A program made the translations under genes and the position numbers. A stretch of 64,000 bases of DNA from Gammaproteobacteria bacterium (lineage in GTDB: Bacteria > Pseudomonadota > Gammaproteobacteria > G965277405): contig OZ255726.1 of assembly GCA_965277405.1 (NCBI GenBank), positions 1,847,128 through 1,911,127 on the forward strand, in the 5' to 3' direction. Positions 26,047 through 35,357 of this stretch are shown here, one piece after another; positions within the stretch are counted from its first letter, which is position 1, and each line of letters opens with the position of its first letter. The notes below the pieces were generated by a model. That model was not told the origin of the DNA. It did not search any database and saw only the letters and a program-made list of their open reading frames with translations.

Positions 26047-27875
26047 GTATTCGTTAAAATCATTGTGGAAATTAATTGCTCATACAATTTGAGTGTTTGC
26101 TGTAGCTGTATAGTTTGTTTTCCAAACTGTGCTGTAGCTGTAGTGACTCCTGATTGGGTAATTGCCCCCAGCCGCTGGGCATAATATATCAACGCTCGAT
26201 TATTTTTACTCGGCTGTAACAACGAGCCAGCGAACGCATTGATTGACAGGCGATAGTGGAGTAAATCAGCAACAGTCGGGTATATTTCAACTTGTCCGCG
26301 CACGCTGTTGTCGATTCTTGCGCCAATCAACTGCGGCGCGTATACGATGAATGGAATGGCAAACAAATTGACGATGCGTTGTTGCTGAGTTGCTGCAGAT
26401 GGAGCGAATTTGGTGTGGTCTGCTATGAGAATAAACACTGTATTATCGAACCATGGCTGCAGGCGTGCTTTTGAAAAAAACTGCCCTAGGCTCCAATCAG
26501 CATAATGCAAGGTATTGGCAAACCGCGCTGGTGTGCTATTGCCTGGGATAAGCTGATGCTCAACAGGCATTAGCGCAAACGGTTCGTGGGTAGTACCAGT
26601 AAATGCAACTGCTAGAAATGGTGTATCATGCGGAATTTCTTTCAGCAGGGTGTTGAACATTTCATAGTCCCAGCCTGTGATGTTGTCGTCAGCATACGGC
26701 AATTCCATTGGAATATCCTGGCGATGATAGGCGTAATCAAAGCCATTATTGAGCACCACCTCATTGATGTTATAGGTATGTTTGCTCGCTGATTGCACAA
26801 ACAAGGTGGCATAGCCTTGGCGCTGTGCCAACTCGCCAATGCTGTCCATAGCAAAGCCACTCAAGCCCTTGCCTAGGGGTGGTGTTGCAGGACTGCGCGG
26901 AATACCAAATAACACCGCCTGTAAGGCCTCAATGCTGCGTTGCCCTGCGGCATAGCCGTTGCTAAACAACAATGACTGCGCGGCAATTTTGTCGAATTCT
27001 GGAGTAAGCGCCTGCTGCGCGCCATAACTGTCAAGCCACTGCTTCCCCCAGCTCTCCAATAAAATAACCACAACGTTGGCTGGCTTGGCAAGCGTTGGCT
27101 GTATAGTTGTTGCAAACGGAGCTTGCTCAGATATGCCACGTTGCTTTTCTAAGGCAATAATTTGTTGTTGGGTGAAATATTGCAGTGGTTGCATATCGTG
27201 AAAATCATCCAGCGCTGCGGAAATTGACAACACCCCGTTGACCAGCACATGACCACGTTGCAAGCCATAACTGCTGTAGACATGGTTGGTATGGAGTGTT
27301 TTCCCTGCTAAACGAAAACCACGAAAGCCGAACACCAACGCCATACATAGCACCGGCAATATTAGCAAATGCAACCAATACGGTGGCACAACATATGTTT
27401 TGGGTGCATATTTGAATATCAGCAACAACGCCAATACTGCCACCACAATAAATAATACGCTCAAGCCCAAGTAGTCGTGCAGCGCCAAATAGGCATATAA
27501 CGGCAAGTCATCACTGAAATAGACGATTTCATAGCTAATGTGTTTTTGACCTTGCGCAAAATATACAGCGTCTGCAAGCAACACGACAACAGCAAAGCAC
27601 AACAATAACCAACTACATAACGATATCAGTCGCCACCATGTTTTGCTGGCACGCAACTTAGGTATCGGCAGCCACACCAGCAACAGCGGTAGCGCAAGTA
27701 AGCGACAAGCTGTCGCAATATCAACCCAATACCCAGCGAACAAGTCACTGTAGCCAATGTCAGCCAACAGCGCGTGATTCTGCCATAGTAATACCACACG
27801 GCCCAAAAAAATTACGCAGGCAAACACAGCAATAGCTGCAAGCTGTAGCGATAGCCAGCGCAATGTTGACTTCAT
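26031..27875 (-). CDS. LTA-synthase/sulfatase-family membrane protein, paralog 1
   Basis: 614 aa with an N-terminal polytopic membrane region and a C-terminal alkaline-phosphatase-superfamily domain (…VVILLESWG…, …ADHTKF…). Confidence 0.7.
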   Translation of the reverse strand: MKSTLRWLSLQLAAIAVFACVIFLGRVVLLWQNHALLADIGYSDLFAGYWVDIATACRLLALPLLLVWLPIPKLRASKTWWRLISLCSWLLLCFAVVVLLADAVYFAQGQKHISYEIVYFSDDLPLYAYLALHDYLGLSVLFIVVAVLALLLIFKYAPKTYVVPPYWLHLLILPVLCMALVFGFRGFRLAGKTLHTNHVYSSYGLQRGHVLVNGVLSISAALDDFHDMQPLQYFTQQQIIALEKQRGISEQAPFATTIQPTLAKPANVVVILLESWGKQWLDSYGAQQALTPEFDKIAAQSLLFSNGYAAGQRSIEALQAVLFGIPRSPATPPLGKGLSGFAMDSIGELAQRQGYATLFVQSASKHTYNINEVVLNNGFDYAYHRQDIPMELPYADDNITGWDYEMFNTLLKEIPHDTPFLAVAFTGTTHEPFALMPVEHQLIPGNSTPARFANTLHYADWSLGQFFSKARLQPWFDNTVFILIADHTKFAPSAATQQQRIVNLFAIPFIVYAPQLIGARIDNSVRGQVEIYPTVADLLHYRLSINAFAGSLLQPSKNNRALIYYAQRLGAITQSGVTTATAQFGKQTIQLQQTLKLYEQLISTMILTNTWLRQ

Positions 27876-28585
27876 GTTTCTCTATCGATACGGTGTTTTG
27901 ACTGCCCGCATGCAGCCGCTGGACGCATGCCAATTAGCGGCCGTATCAATTGTTGCTGAGACCGAGTGAGCAAATATGACCCAGTAAACTTTGTTGCCTC
28001 TATGACATACATATATTTGCAGAAATTCGGCAACACAATGTTCAGCCAGCGCAATGGTCTGCGCCAACGTGCTGGCGCTTTCTCTGTCCAAATAGCCAGT
28101 CTGGGACAATAATACCGATAGTGAATTTCATTAAAACTCAATAACCGCAGCCAATCGGAGAGCCGACGCGGGTGTATCAAGCGTTGTTGTTTGATGGCGA
28201 GTATCAGCCCAACTAGCGATATTGGGTTGTCATCGAATAACAATAGCTTCCCGTTCGACATTAACGCCTGGTGGACTTCTCGCAACATTTGTTGTGGTTC
28301 ATCAGCATCACGCAAACTATACATTATTGTAATCAAATCCACGCTTTCTGGCAGCAAGGGCAAATGCTCATAATCTGCAACAATTCCTGCTGTGTTGGCT
28401 GGTGCATGGTGGATGGTGAATGTATGTTGATAACGAGAATAATATAAAATAGCACGGCAACAACGCTTGCCAATAACAACAGCATACTGACCAAAATTGT
28501 GTGAAAAATATCCTTGCAGATAATTAAACTCTACCTTGCGTTGGCAGCGGCGTGGAGATAGCCAACGGCGCAGCAGCAGTTTCAA
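27872..28585 (-). CDS. Methyltransferase-like protein (class I SAM-MTase fold; motif I not obvious)
   Basis: The post-I/II motifs …VDLITIMYSLRDADEPQQMLREVHQALMSNGKLLLFD… fit SmtA/UbiE-type methyltransferases, but no clear GxGxG is present. It is co-operonic between folK and sulfatase 1. Confidence 0.45.
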   Translation of the reverse strand: MKLLLRRWLSPRRCQRKVEFNYLQGYFSHNFGQYAVVIGKRCCRAILYYSRYQHTFTIHHAPANTAGIVADYEHLPLLPESVDLITIMYSLRDADEPQQMLREVHQALMSNGKLLLFDDNPISLVGLILAIKQQRLIHPRRLSDWLRLLSFNEIHYRYYCPRLAIWTEKAPARWRRPLRWLNIVLPNFCKYMYVIEATKFTGSYLLTRSQQQLIRPLIGMRPAAACGQSKHRIDRET

Positions 28586-29115
28586 GCCAGGAACTCCTGT
28601 ACACGCACAGGTATAGCGCTGTGTTGTAACCGCAGCAACTGGCGCACGCTTCCGTGTAATGGAATAACTGCATTTGCATCAACTTCTAGCCACGGAACGA
28701 GGACAAACAACCGCTGGTGCGCTGCAGGGTGGGGGATGGTTAATGTGCGGCAATGCAACGTGGTGTCTGCTGCAGCAATGACATCGATATCAATAATGCG
28801 CTCTCCCCACTTTCTGCTAGCTACACGCCCCATTGCCTGCTCAATGCCTTGGGTGGTGCTATGCAGCTGCTGCGCCGCGGCAGTCGTCTCCACTATGAGC
28901 ACAGCGTTATAATATTCAGGTTGGGCGATATCGTCACAGGTAACCGCAGCACTGCGGTAAATCGATGATGCTTGTATAATCTGGTAATGTTCTGCCAACA
29001 TATCCTTGCACCGATGCAATTGCCCAATGGGGTTCTCTAAATTACTGCCAAGCGCGAGCACATATTGTAAAACTGCTATTGCTGGCTGTCTGGCTGTTGC
29101 AGTATTAGCGCTCAC
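28582..29115 (-). CDS. folK: 2-amino-4-hydroxy-6-hydroxymethyldihydropteridine pyrophosphokinase (HPPK)
   Basis: …AVLALGSNLENP…GERIIDIDVIAA… are HPPK motifs, in the conserved pcnB-folK synteny. Confidence 0.85.
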   Translation of the reverse strand: MSANTATARQPAIAVLQYVLALGSNLENPIGQLHRCKDMLAEHYQIIQASSIYRSAAVTCDDIAQPEYYNAVLIVETTAAAQQLHSTTQGIEQAMGRVASRKWGERIIDIDVIAAADTTLHCRTLTIPHPAAHQRLFVLVPWLEVDANAVIPLHGSVRQLLRLQHSAIPVRVQEFLA

Positions 29116-30383
29116 GACTTGCGCGTGCGCCGTCTGCGCTTGGGTGAAAGTGGCAGTTGCGCCTTGAGCTCTGCGAGCTTATCTGCATTTTCTACTGGGC
29201 AGGCAACGTATGTATTCCACCAATCAAACCAAATGCCAACGTCTTCACCGCATTGCTGGCGCAATAAGAAAAAATCATAGGCAGCACGAAAATCTCTACT
29301 ACTGCTCAAGTAATGAAGACTGCGCTGTGTTGGCGCATTAAACTTGGTTTGCATCAACCATATTGCTTTAATGCGATACATGAACCGCGCGGGCACGCGC
29401 ATAATCCCATTCTGTTCATTGAGAATTTTTTGCATAATAATGGTGCGGTCACGATCGTTATCTGCATTTATAGCAAGTTCTTTATACGCAAACCAAAAAA
29501 TTGCAACGAGAATAAATGCGGGAGTAATCGATTTACCAAATGCCAAGCGTTCGTCCGTATTTACCAATACTGCATCAATCAATTGACGCGCTTGCTGAGC
29601 ATATGGGGCGCGCGGATGCAAACTGGTATGCGCCGTAGGAAACATATATTCAAACAGCGCAATCTTTTCAATCAAGGCAAACGCGCGGACGCTCCTGTGG
29701 CAAAACACCAACTTTTGATATTCACCAAATAACCGCGCTGCAGAAATACAGTGCAATGTATGACCAAGCTGCTTAGCGGCAGTCATTGTCAATGGTTCGA
29801 TAGAGAACTCGAGTTTAGCCGCAAAACGAATCACACGCAAAATCCGTACTGGGTCTTCTTTAAACCGCATTGCTGGGTTGTCTATCATCCTGATGACTTT
29901 GTCGCGCAAATCACCAACCCCATTATATTTATCAATAAATTTGTTGTTTACTGGGTCATAATACATCGCATTTATTGTTATATCTCTGCGATTGATATCC
30001 TCATCTAGCGTGCCAAAGCAATTATCGTATGTGAGTTGCCCAGTATGCGACTGTTGTTGAAACTGTTGCTGATGATCAGTTTGCGGGTTGCCGCGATAGG
30101 TCGTCACTTCTATAAGCTCACCACCGCTATACACATGGACAATTTTAAAACGTTTACCAATAATCCTTGCATTTTTAAAGATTTTTGCAACTTGGTCAGG
30201 GTGGGCATTCGTGGCAATATCAAAGTCTTTTGGGGCGCGACCCAGCAGCAAGTCGCGCACGCATCCTCCAACTAAATACCCTTGAAAATCTGCTTGGTGC
30301 AGCGTAGATATGATGGATTTTGCGGCATACGAAATACGTTCGTGGTTGTTTTGCAGGGTTTCGATTGGTGACGGCAACGGCAT
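29112..30383 (-). CDS. pcnB: Poly(A) polymerase I
   Basis: …GYLVGGCVRDLLLGRAPKDFDIATNAHP… is the nucleotidyltransferase head-domain signature. It lies upstream of folK. Confidence 0.9.
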   Translation of the reverse strand: MPLPSPIETLQNNHERISYAAKSIISTLHQADFQGYLVGGCVRDLLLGRAPKDFDIATNAHPDQVAKIFKNARIIGKRFKIVHVYSGGELIEVTTYRGNPQTDHQQQFQQQSHTGQLTYDNCFGTLDEDINRRDITINAMYYDPVNNKFIDKYNGVGDLRDKVIRMIDNPAMRFKEDPVRILRVIRFAAKLEFSIEPLTMTAAKQLGHTLHCISAARLFGEYQKLVFCHRSVRAFALIEKIALFEYMFPTAHTSLHPRAPYAQQARQLIDAVLVNTDERLAFGKSITPAFILVAIFWFAYKELAINADNDRDRTIIMQKILNEQNGIMRVPARFMYRIKAIWLMQTKFNAPTQRSLHYLSSSRDFRAAYDFFLLRQQCGEDVGIWFDWWNTYVACPVENADKLAELKAQLPLSPKRRRRTRKS

Positions 30384-30470
30384 ATGGTTCTAGCTAAATA
30401 GTGGACTGAGAAATAATATATATATGTATGCCTATGCTGATATGCTACCACCAATTTCATAAATTCCAAT

Positions 30471-32192
30471 ATGTTCAGCTTATACCGTCGACTTTTCACC
30501 TACGTCCCGCTCGCAACAACATGCGCAATGATTGCCATTGCCGTAGCCGCATTTGCCCTTGCCAGCCTCGCCAACACGCTTGCCGCGCATTTAATGAGTT
30601 TGCTCGAGGTCGCTTGGAACGAAGCAATACCATTTTGGCGTATCTGGGCTCCTATTGGTTTTATTGGCGTAGCCTTTGCTCGCGGCTTTGGCAATGTCAT
30701 CGGCAACTATGCGATGCAACGGTTGACTAGAAAAATAATTCTCTCGTTGCGTAACCACTTGGCGCAATGCATTTTGCAGTTGCCGCAAGCATTTTTTCGA
30801 CAGCAACGTCAAGGAACAGTGCAAGCACTTTTTAGCTACCACTGCGAGCAAATTGAATCGTCAATCGGCGGCGGGTTGATTGTGCTATTGCGTGAATCGA
30901 TGACAGTCATTGCCTTATTTACGTATTTGTTGTACTTGAATTGGCTGCTGACGCTTGAGCTATTGGTGCTGCTCCCACTCCTAGCTGTATTAATTAATGC
31001 GGCGAGTAAAGCCTTCAGACGGTATAGCCACCGCATCCAAAATTCGCTGTCGCGTTTCAGCAGTCAAATGCATGAATTTATTAGTGTCCGCGAGGTTATT
31101 AAACTTGCCAATAGCCAACCACAAGAGACCAGGGCATTCGCTACAACCAACACCGAAAACTATCATCACCATATGAAACTGGCGTTGATCAACACCATCA
31201 GTGTGCCGTTAATCTCTGTGCTGATTGGTGCAGGGATTGGTTGTATTATGTGGCAGGTCTTAAACCTCTCTTTACCGACAACATTTGCAAGCTACGGGCT
31301 GTTTGCTGCATATATCACCGCGACGGGCATCATTATCAAACCCATCCGCCAACTGACAACCGTAATCGCCTTGATTCAGCGTGGTTTAGCCGCAGCAGAA
31401 GAGATTTTTTCGATTATCGATGCACCAACAGAAATCGATAATGGCAGCCGGGTGCTAGCAAGCCAAGTTGGGACAATTGAATTCATCAATACCGATGTTG
31501 CCTTTGGCGCGACCACGGTTTTGACTGATATTAACTTGGTGATTGCAGCTGGTGCTAGCGTTGCCTTTGTCGGCGAATCTGGCAGCGGCAAAACCACACT
31601 GACAATGCTGTTAACTCGGTTTATCACCGCCAGCAAAGGCAGCGTGCGTATCAACGGCTGCGACATCAATAGCTATTCACTAACAAGCGTGCGCCAACAG
31701 ATAGCGATGGTGACCCAAAACCCCACATTTTTTAGCCGCACAATTGCAGAGAATATAAGCTATCCACACCAGACAATCGACGCCGCGTTATTACAGCAAT
31801 CGATTGAATTTGCTAATTTAGATGAGGTCATCGCCACCATGGCACACGGGGTTGACACCCAAGTTGGCAACAATGCCGACCAATTGTCTGGTGGACAACG
31901 CCAACGGTTGGCGCTCGCCCGCGCGTTTTATAAGCAAGCACCAATTTTATTGTTGGATGAAGCTACTGCTGCGCTAGATAACCAAAGCGACTTTGCGATT
32001 CAGCAAGCGCTTGCCACCATGATACATAGCAATACTACTTTGATTGTTGTCGCGCACAGGTTGTCGTCAATTGTCCATCTTGATACAATTGTGGTATTTA
32101 AAAAGGGTAGAATAATTGACCAAGGCAGCCATACACAATTGATGGAGCGTTGTAGTTATTATCAAAACCTGTATCGGCTACAACAACGCTAA
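30471..32192 (+). CDS. msbA: Lipid A export ABC transporter permease/ATPase MsbA
   Basis: Six TM helices plus an ABC domain (Walker A GESGSGKTT, signature LSGGQRQR, Walker B LLLDEATAALD). The conserved msbA-lpxK pairing supports the call. Confidence 0.85.
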   Translation: MFSLYRRLFTYVPLATTCAMIAIAVAAFALASLANTLAAHLMSLLEVAWNEAIPFWRIWAPIGFIGVAFARGFGNVIGNYAMQRLTRKIILSLRNHLAQCILQLPQAFFRQQRQGTVQALFSYHCEQIESSIGGGLIVLLRESMTVIALFTYLLYLNWLLTLELLVLLPLLAVLINAASKAFRRYSHRIQNSLSRFSSQMHEFISVREVIKLANSQPQETRAFATTNTENYHHHMKLALINTISVPLISVLIGAGIGCIMWQVLNLSLPTTFASYGLFAAYITATGIIIKPIRQLTTVIALIQRGLAAAEEIFSIIDAPTEIDNGSRVLASQVGTIEFINTDVAFGATTVLTDINLVIAAGASVAFVGESGSGKTTLTMLLTRFITASKGSVRINGCDINSYSLTSVRQQIAMVTQNPTFFSRTIAENISYPHQTIDAALLQQSIEFANLDEVIATMAHGVDTQVGNNADQLSGGQRQRLALARAFYKQAPILLLDEATAALDNQSDFAIQQALATMIHSNTTLIVVAHRLSSIVHLDTIVVFKKGRIIDQGSHTQLMERCSYYQNLYRLQQR

Positions 32193-32199
32193 GAACCTA

Positions 32200-33180
32200 A
32201 TGCGCAACACGCTCAGCAAAATCCTGCTCGCCGCTTGGTACCAGCAACACCCGCTACGCTGGCTGCTGATCCCTATTTCATGGGTATATTGGCTGCTAGT
32301 GCTGCTGCGCCAACAGCCACGCCAGCCCAGCGAAAAACTGACGATTATTGTGGGCAATTACACCGTCGGCGGCACAGGCAAAACAGAGATAATCAAAGCA
32401 ATAGCACTCCATTATCCACAACTAAAAATTGGCATCGCCTATCAAGCGTATCGGGTTGATATCGCCACAGCACAGCTGGTAGATGCTGCCAACCCAAGCG
32501 TTTTTGGTGATGAACCGAGCATGCTCTTGCAGCATTGTGCGGCGCTGATTGCCGTTGCCAACAGCAGAGCAGATGCTGTTGCCTTGCTCAACCAACGCGA
32601 TGATGTTGATATTATTTTGCTCGATGATGGACTCCACAGCGCAGTCGCCCGCGATGCAGAAATTGTTCTTTTTGACGCACGCGGCGTTGGTAATGGCCAC
32701 CTCATCCCCGCCGGTCCGCTGCGCGTCCCGCTGCACAACACCGCCACCCAGCCAACAGCCAAGCGATTTATTGCGAGTAAAGGCAGCCCGCAACAACCAC
32801 AATTTTCCCACTTACCCGTATTCAGCTACCGAGTAAGCGCAATCGCCAATGCAGCGGGACAAATCAGCGTCGCAACATGGAAAAACCGCTATGCAGAGCA
32901 ACCTATTGTTGCCTTATCTGCCATCGCCAACCCACAAGGATTTTATCAGACCCTTGTCGACATAGGGATTTCATTCACCGCGTTGACCTTGGCTGACCAC
33001 AGCACCCTCGCAGATGCAGATTTTAACGACGATACCGTGTATCTGATGACCGCAAAAGACGCCGTAAAATATCAGCACTTACCTGCTAAGTATATCTGGC
33101 ATGTGGCTATTGAGCTAATCCCACCAACAGGATTATGGGACTTTGTTGATGAAGTTATTGCCAAAGGAAGTTCTGATTAA
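32200..33180 (+). CDS. lpxK: Tetraacyldisaccharide 4'-kinase LpxK
   Basis: P-loop …IIVGNYTVGGTGKTE… with a length of 326 aa, immediately after msbA. Confidence 0.85.
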   Translation: MRNTLSKILLAAWYQQHPLRWLLIPISWVYWLLVLLRQQPRQPSEKLTIIVGNYTVGGTGKTEIIKAIALHYPQLKIGIAYQAYRVDIATAQLVDAANPSVFGDEPSMLLQHCAALIAVANSRADAVALLNQRDDVDIILLDDGLHSAVARDAEIVLFDARGVGNGHLIPAGPLRVPLHNTATQPTAKRFIASKGSPQQPQFSHLPVFSYRVSAIANAAGQISVATWKNRYAEQPIVALSAIANPQGFYQTLVDIGISFTALTLADHSTLADADFNDDTVYLMTAKDAVKYQHLPAKYIWHVAIELIPPTGLWDFVDEVIAKGSSD

Positions 33181-33221
33181 GCCATGCTGGGCAAGACAGA
33201 ACAACAACGAAAGCCCACACC

Positions 33222-33416
33222 ATGAAACCAAGCTCGCGCATCCTACCAATCATCGTCTGCCCACTGTGTAAAGCACCGCTACACCGCGTTGGTGCAGAAC
33301 TCTGGTGCCGTGCTGAAAAAATCGCCTATCCAATCCAAGGCAAATCGCTGCAGCTATTCGTCGCAGCTGCACGACCATTATCGCTGGAAGAGCTGGAAAA
33401 GCAGCTGTTACCATAG
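33222..33416 (+). CDS. Trm112/YcaR-family small zinc-ribbon protein
   Basis: 64 aa with …IVCPLCKAPL…LWC…IAYPIQ… in the YcaR pattern, at the usual position after lpxK. Confidence 0.65.
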   Translation: MKPSSRILPIIVCPLCKAPLHRVGAELWCRAEKIAYPIQGKSLQLFVAAARPLSLEELEKQLLP

Positions 33417-33771
33417 TTGTCGCCGCTATACATAACTTAACATAACTTATTACTCCATCGGCTGGGGTGGAGTCTTGGCGGTTACGCTGCAGCCGAACGG
33501 TCGCAGCTTAACGCCAAACCCCCGCGCTAATCCGTCAATCCCGCTCCTTACCAAGAACCAAGAACCAATAAGCAATAACCGATAACAGTAGCTATTCGAC
33601 CGCAGCGACCAAGCCCCTTGTTTGCTCAGGCTGCTGTGAATTGGGGCAGCATTAGCAAAACTCTGATGCAGCCGCTAATGCAGCGAGTAGATTAAACTAG
33701 GTTTTTTACCTTGTATTTCTTGCCCAAAGTATGCCAACATTAGCCTATAGAAATATTTACTGCCGCAGCCT

Positions 33772-34689
33772 ATGAAATATTTACTGCCAATACTCATGAG
33801 TGCCGCCCTCTTGGCGTTCTCAACCGTGGGTTGTGCTGCCGATTTGCAGCAAGGTCTAACTACCTATAACAATAGCGACTACCCAACTGCTATTCGCGAA
33901 TTACAACCGCTTGCTGAACAGGGCAATGCCGAAGCCCAGTTCAAGCTGGGTGTAATGTATTATAACGGAAAAGGCGTGCCGCAAGACTCTAAGGTGGCGC
34001 TGCAGTGGTATGAACGTGCCGCAGCACAGCGATATGCCAAAGCCCAGTTACAGATGGGTTTAATGTATTTTTACGGAAAAGGTGTAGCGCAAGACGCTAA
34101 GGCGGGGCTGCAGTGGTATAAACTTGCCGCAGCACAGGGAGATGCCGACGCCCAGAGCATTCTGGGTTGGATGTATGGTAAAGGAGAAGGTGTAGCGCAA
34201 GACTATCAGGCGGCGCTGCAGTGGTGTAAACTTGCCGCAGCACAGGGAGATGCTGACGCCCAGAACAATATGGGTTGGATGTATCATAATGGATACGGTG
34301 TATTGCAAGACTATCAGGCGGCGCTGCAGTGGTATAAACTTGCCGCAGCACAGGGAAATGCCAACGCCCAAGTCAATTTGGGAATGATGTATGGTAGCGG
34401 AAAAGGTGTGCCGCAAGACTATAAGGCGGGGCTGCAGTGGTATAAACTTGCCGCAGCACAGGGAGATGCTGACGCCCAAAACAATCTGGGAGTGATGTAT
34501 GCTAACGGAACAGGTGTAATCCAAGATAATGTGTATGCCCATATGTGGTATAATATTGCGGCGTATAATGAAAGTACGACAGGAGCAAAATCGCGAGATA
34601 GTCTTGCTAAAGTAATGACCGCTGCCCAGATCGCTAGCGCACAGCAACTTGCCCGTGAATGTGTCAAGAAAAAGTATAAGGGGTGTTGA
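33772..34689 (+). CDS. Secreted Sel1-repeat (SLR/TPR-like) protein, short paralog
   Basis: 305 aa with a signal peptide (MKYLLPILMSAALLAFSTVGCAADLQQ) and about seven 36-aa Sel1 repeats (…AQ.NLG.MY..G.GV.QDY..A..WYKLAAAQG.A…). Confidence 0.8.
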   Translation: MKYLLPILMSAALLAFSTVGCAADLQQGLTTYNNSDYPTAIRELQPLAEQGNAEAQFKLGVMYYNGKGVPQDSKVALQWYERAAAQRYAKAQLQMGLMYFYGKGVAQDAKAGLQWYKLAAAQGDADAQSILGWMYGKGEGVAQDYQAALQWCKLAAAQGDADAQNNMGWMYHNGYGVLQDYQAALQWYKLAAAQGNANAQVNLGMMYGSGKGVPQDYKAGLQWYKLAAAQGDADAQNNLGVMYANGTGVIQDNVYAHMWYNIAAYNESTTGAKSRDSLAKVMTAAQIASAQQLARECVKKKYKGC

Positions 34690-34867
34690 ATAGCAGCGTT
34701 GTCAACTTGATGCTAGCTGTGCTGCCACCTTGCCAACAGTGCTAGCCTAGGCTAATCAGGTTGTGACGTAGACGATGAGAAAATATATGTCACAGCAGCA
34801 GAAAACTAGGCTGCTGCGTTGCATCCCTCGGCGTATATGCTACGGCATGCGCTCAAGGTAATGTGCG

Positions 34868-34943
34868 CGGAATGCGCTTTGCAATCATCAGCAATTGCCA
34901 TCAAACCAGCCCCATCAGCGGCTTAATCAGACCTTCCCAAGGG
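34868..34943. repeat. Solo end fragment of the MITE-like element (copy e)
   Basis: …GCAATCATCAGCAATTGCCATCAAACCAGCCCCATCAGCGGCTTAATCAGACCTTCCCAAGG matches the B-type end of the full copies. It marks the duplication-unit junction. Confidence 0.6.
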
Positions 34944-35357
34944 TAACTGCGTTATTTACTGCCTCACGCTCCTTATCGCTTGAAGATCTGGAAAAGGAGC
35001 TGCAAACATAGTTGTCGCCGCTATACATAACTTAACATAACTTATTATTCCATCGGCTGGGGTGGAGTCTTGGCGGTTACGCTGCAGCCGAACGGTCGCA
35101 GCTTGACGCCAAACCCCCGCGCTAATCCGTCAATCCCACTCCTTACCAAGAACCAAGAACCAATAACCAATAACAGCAGCTATTCGACCGCAGCGACCAA
35201 GCCCCTTGTTTGCTCAGGCTGCTGTGAATTGGGGCAGCATTAGCAAAACTCTGATGCAGCCGCTAATGCAGCGAGTAGATTAAACTAGGTTTTTACCCTG
35301 TATTTCTTGCCCCAAGTATGCCAACATTAGCATATGAAATATTTACTGCCGAAGCCT

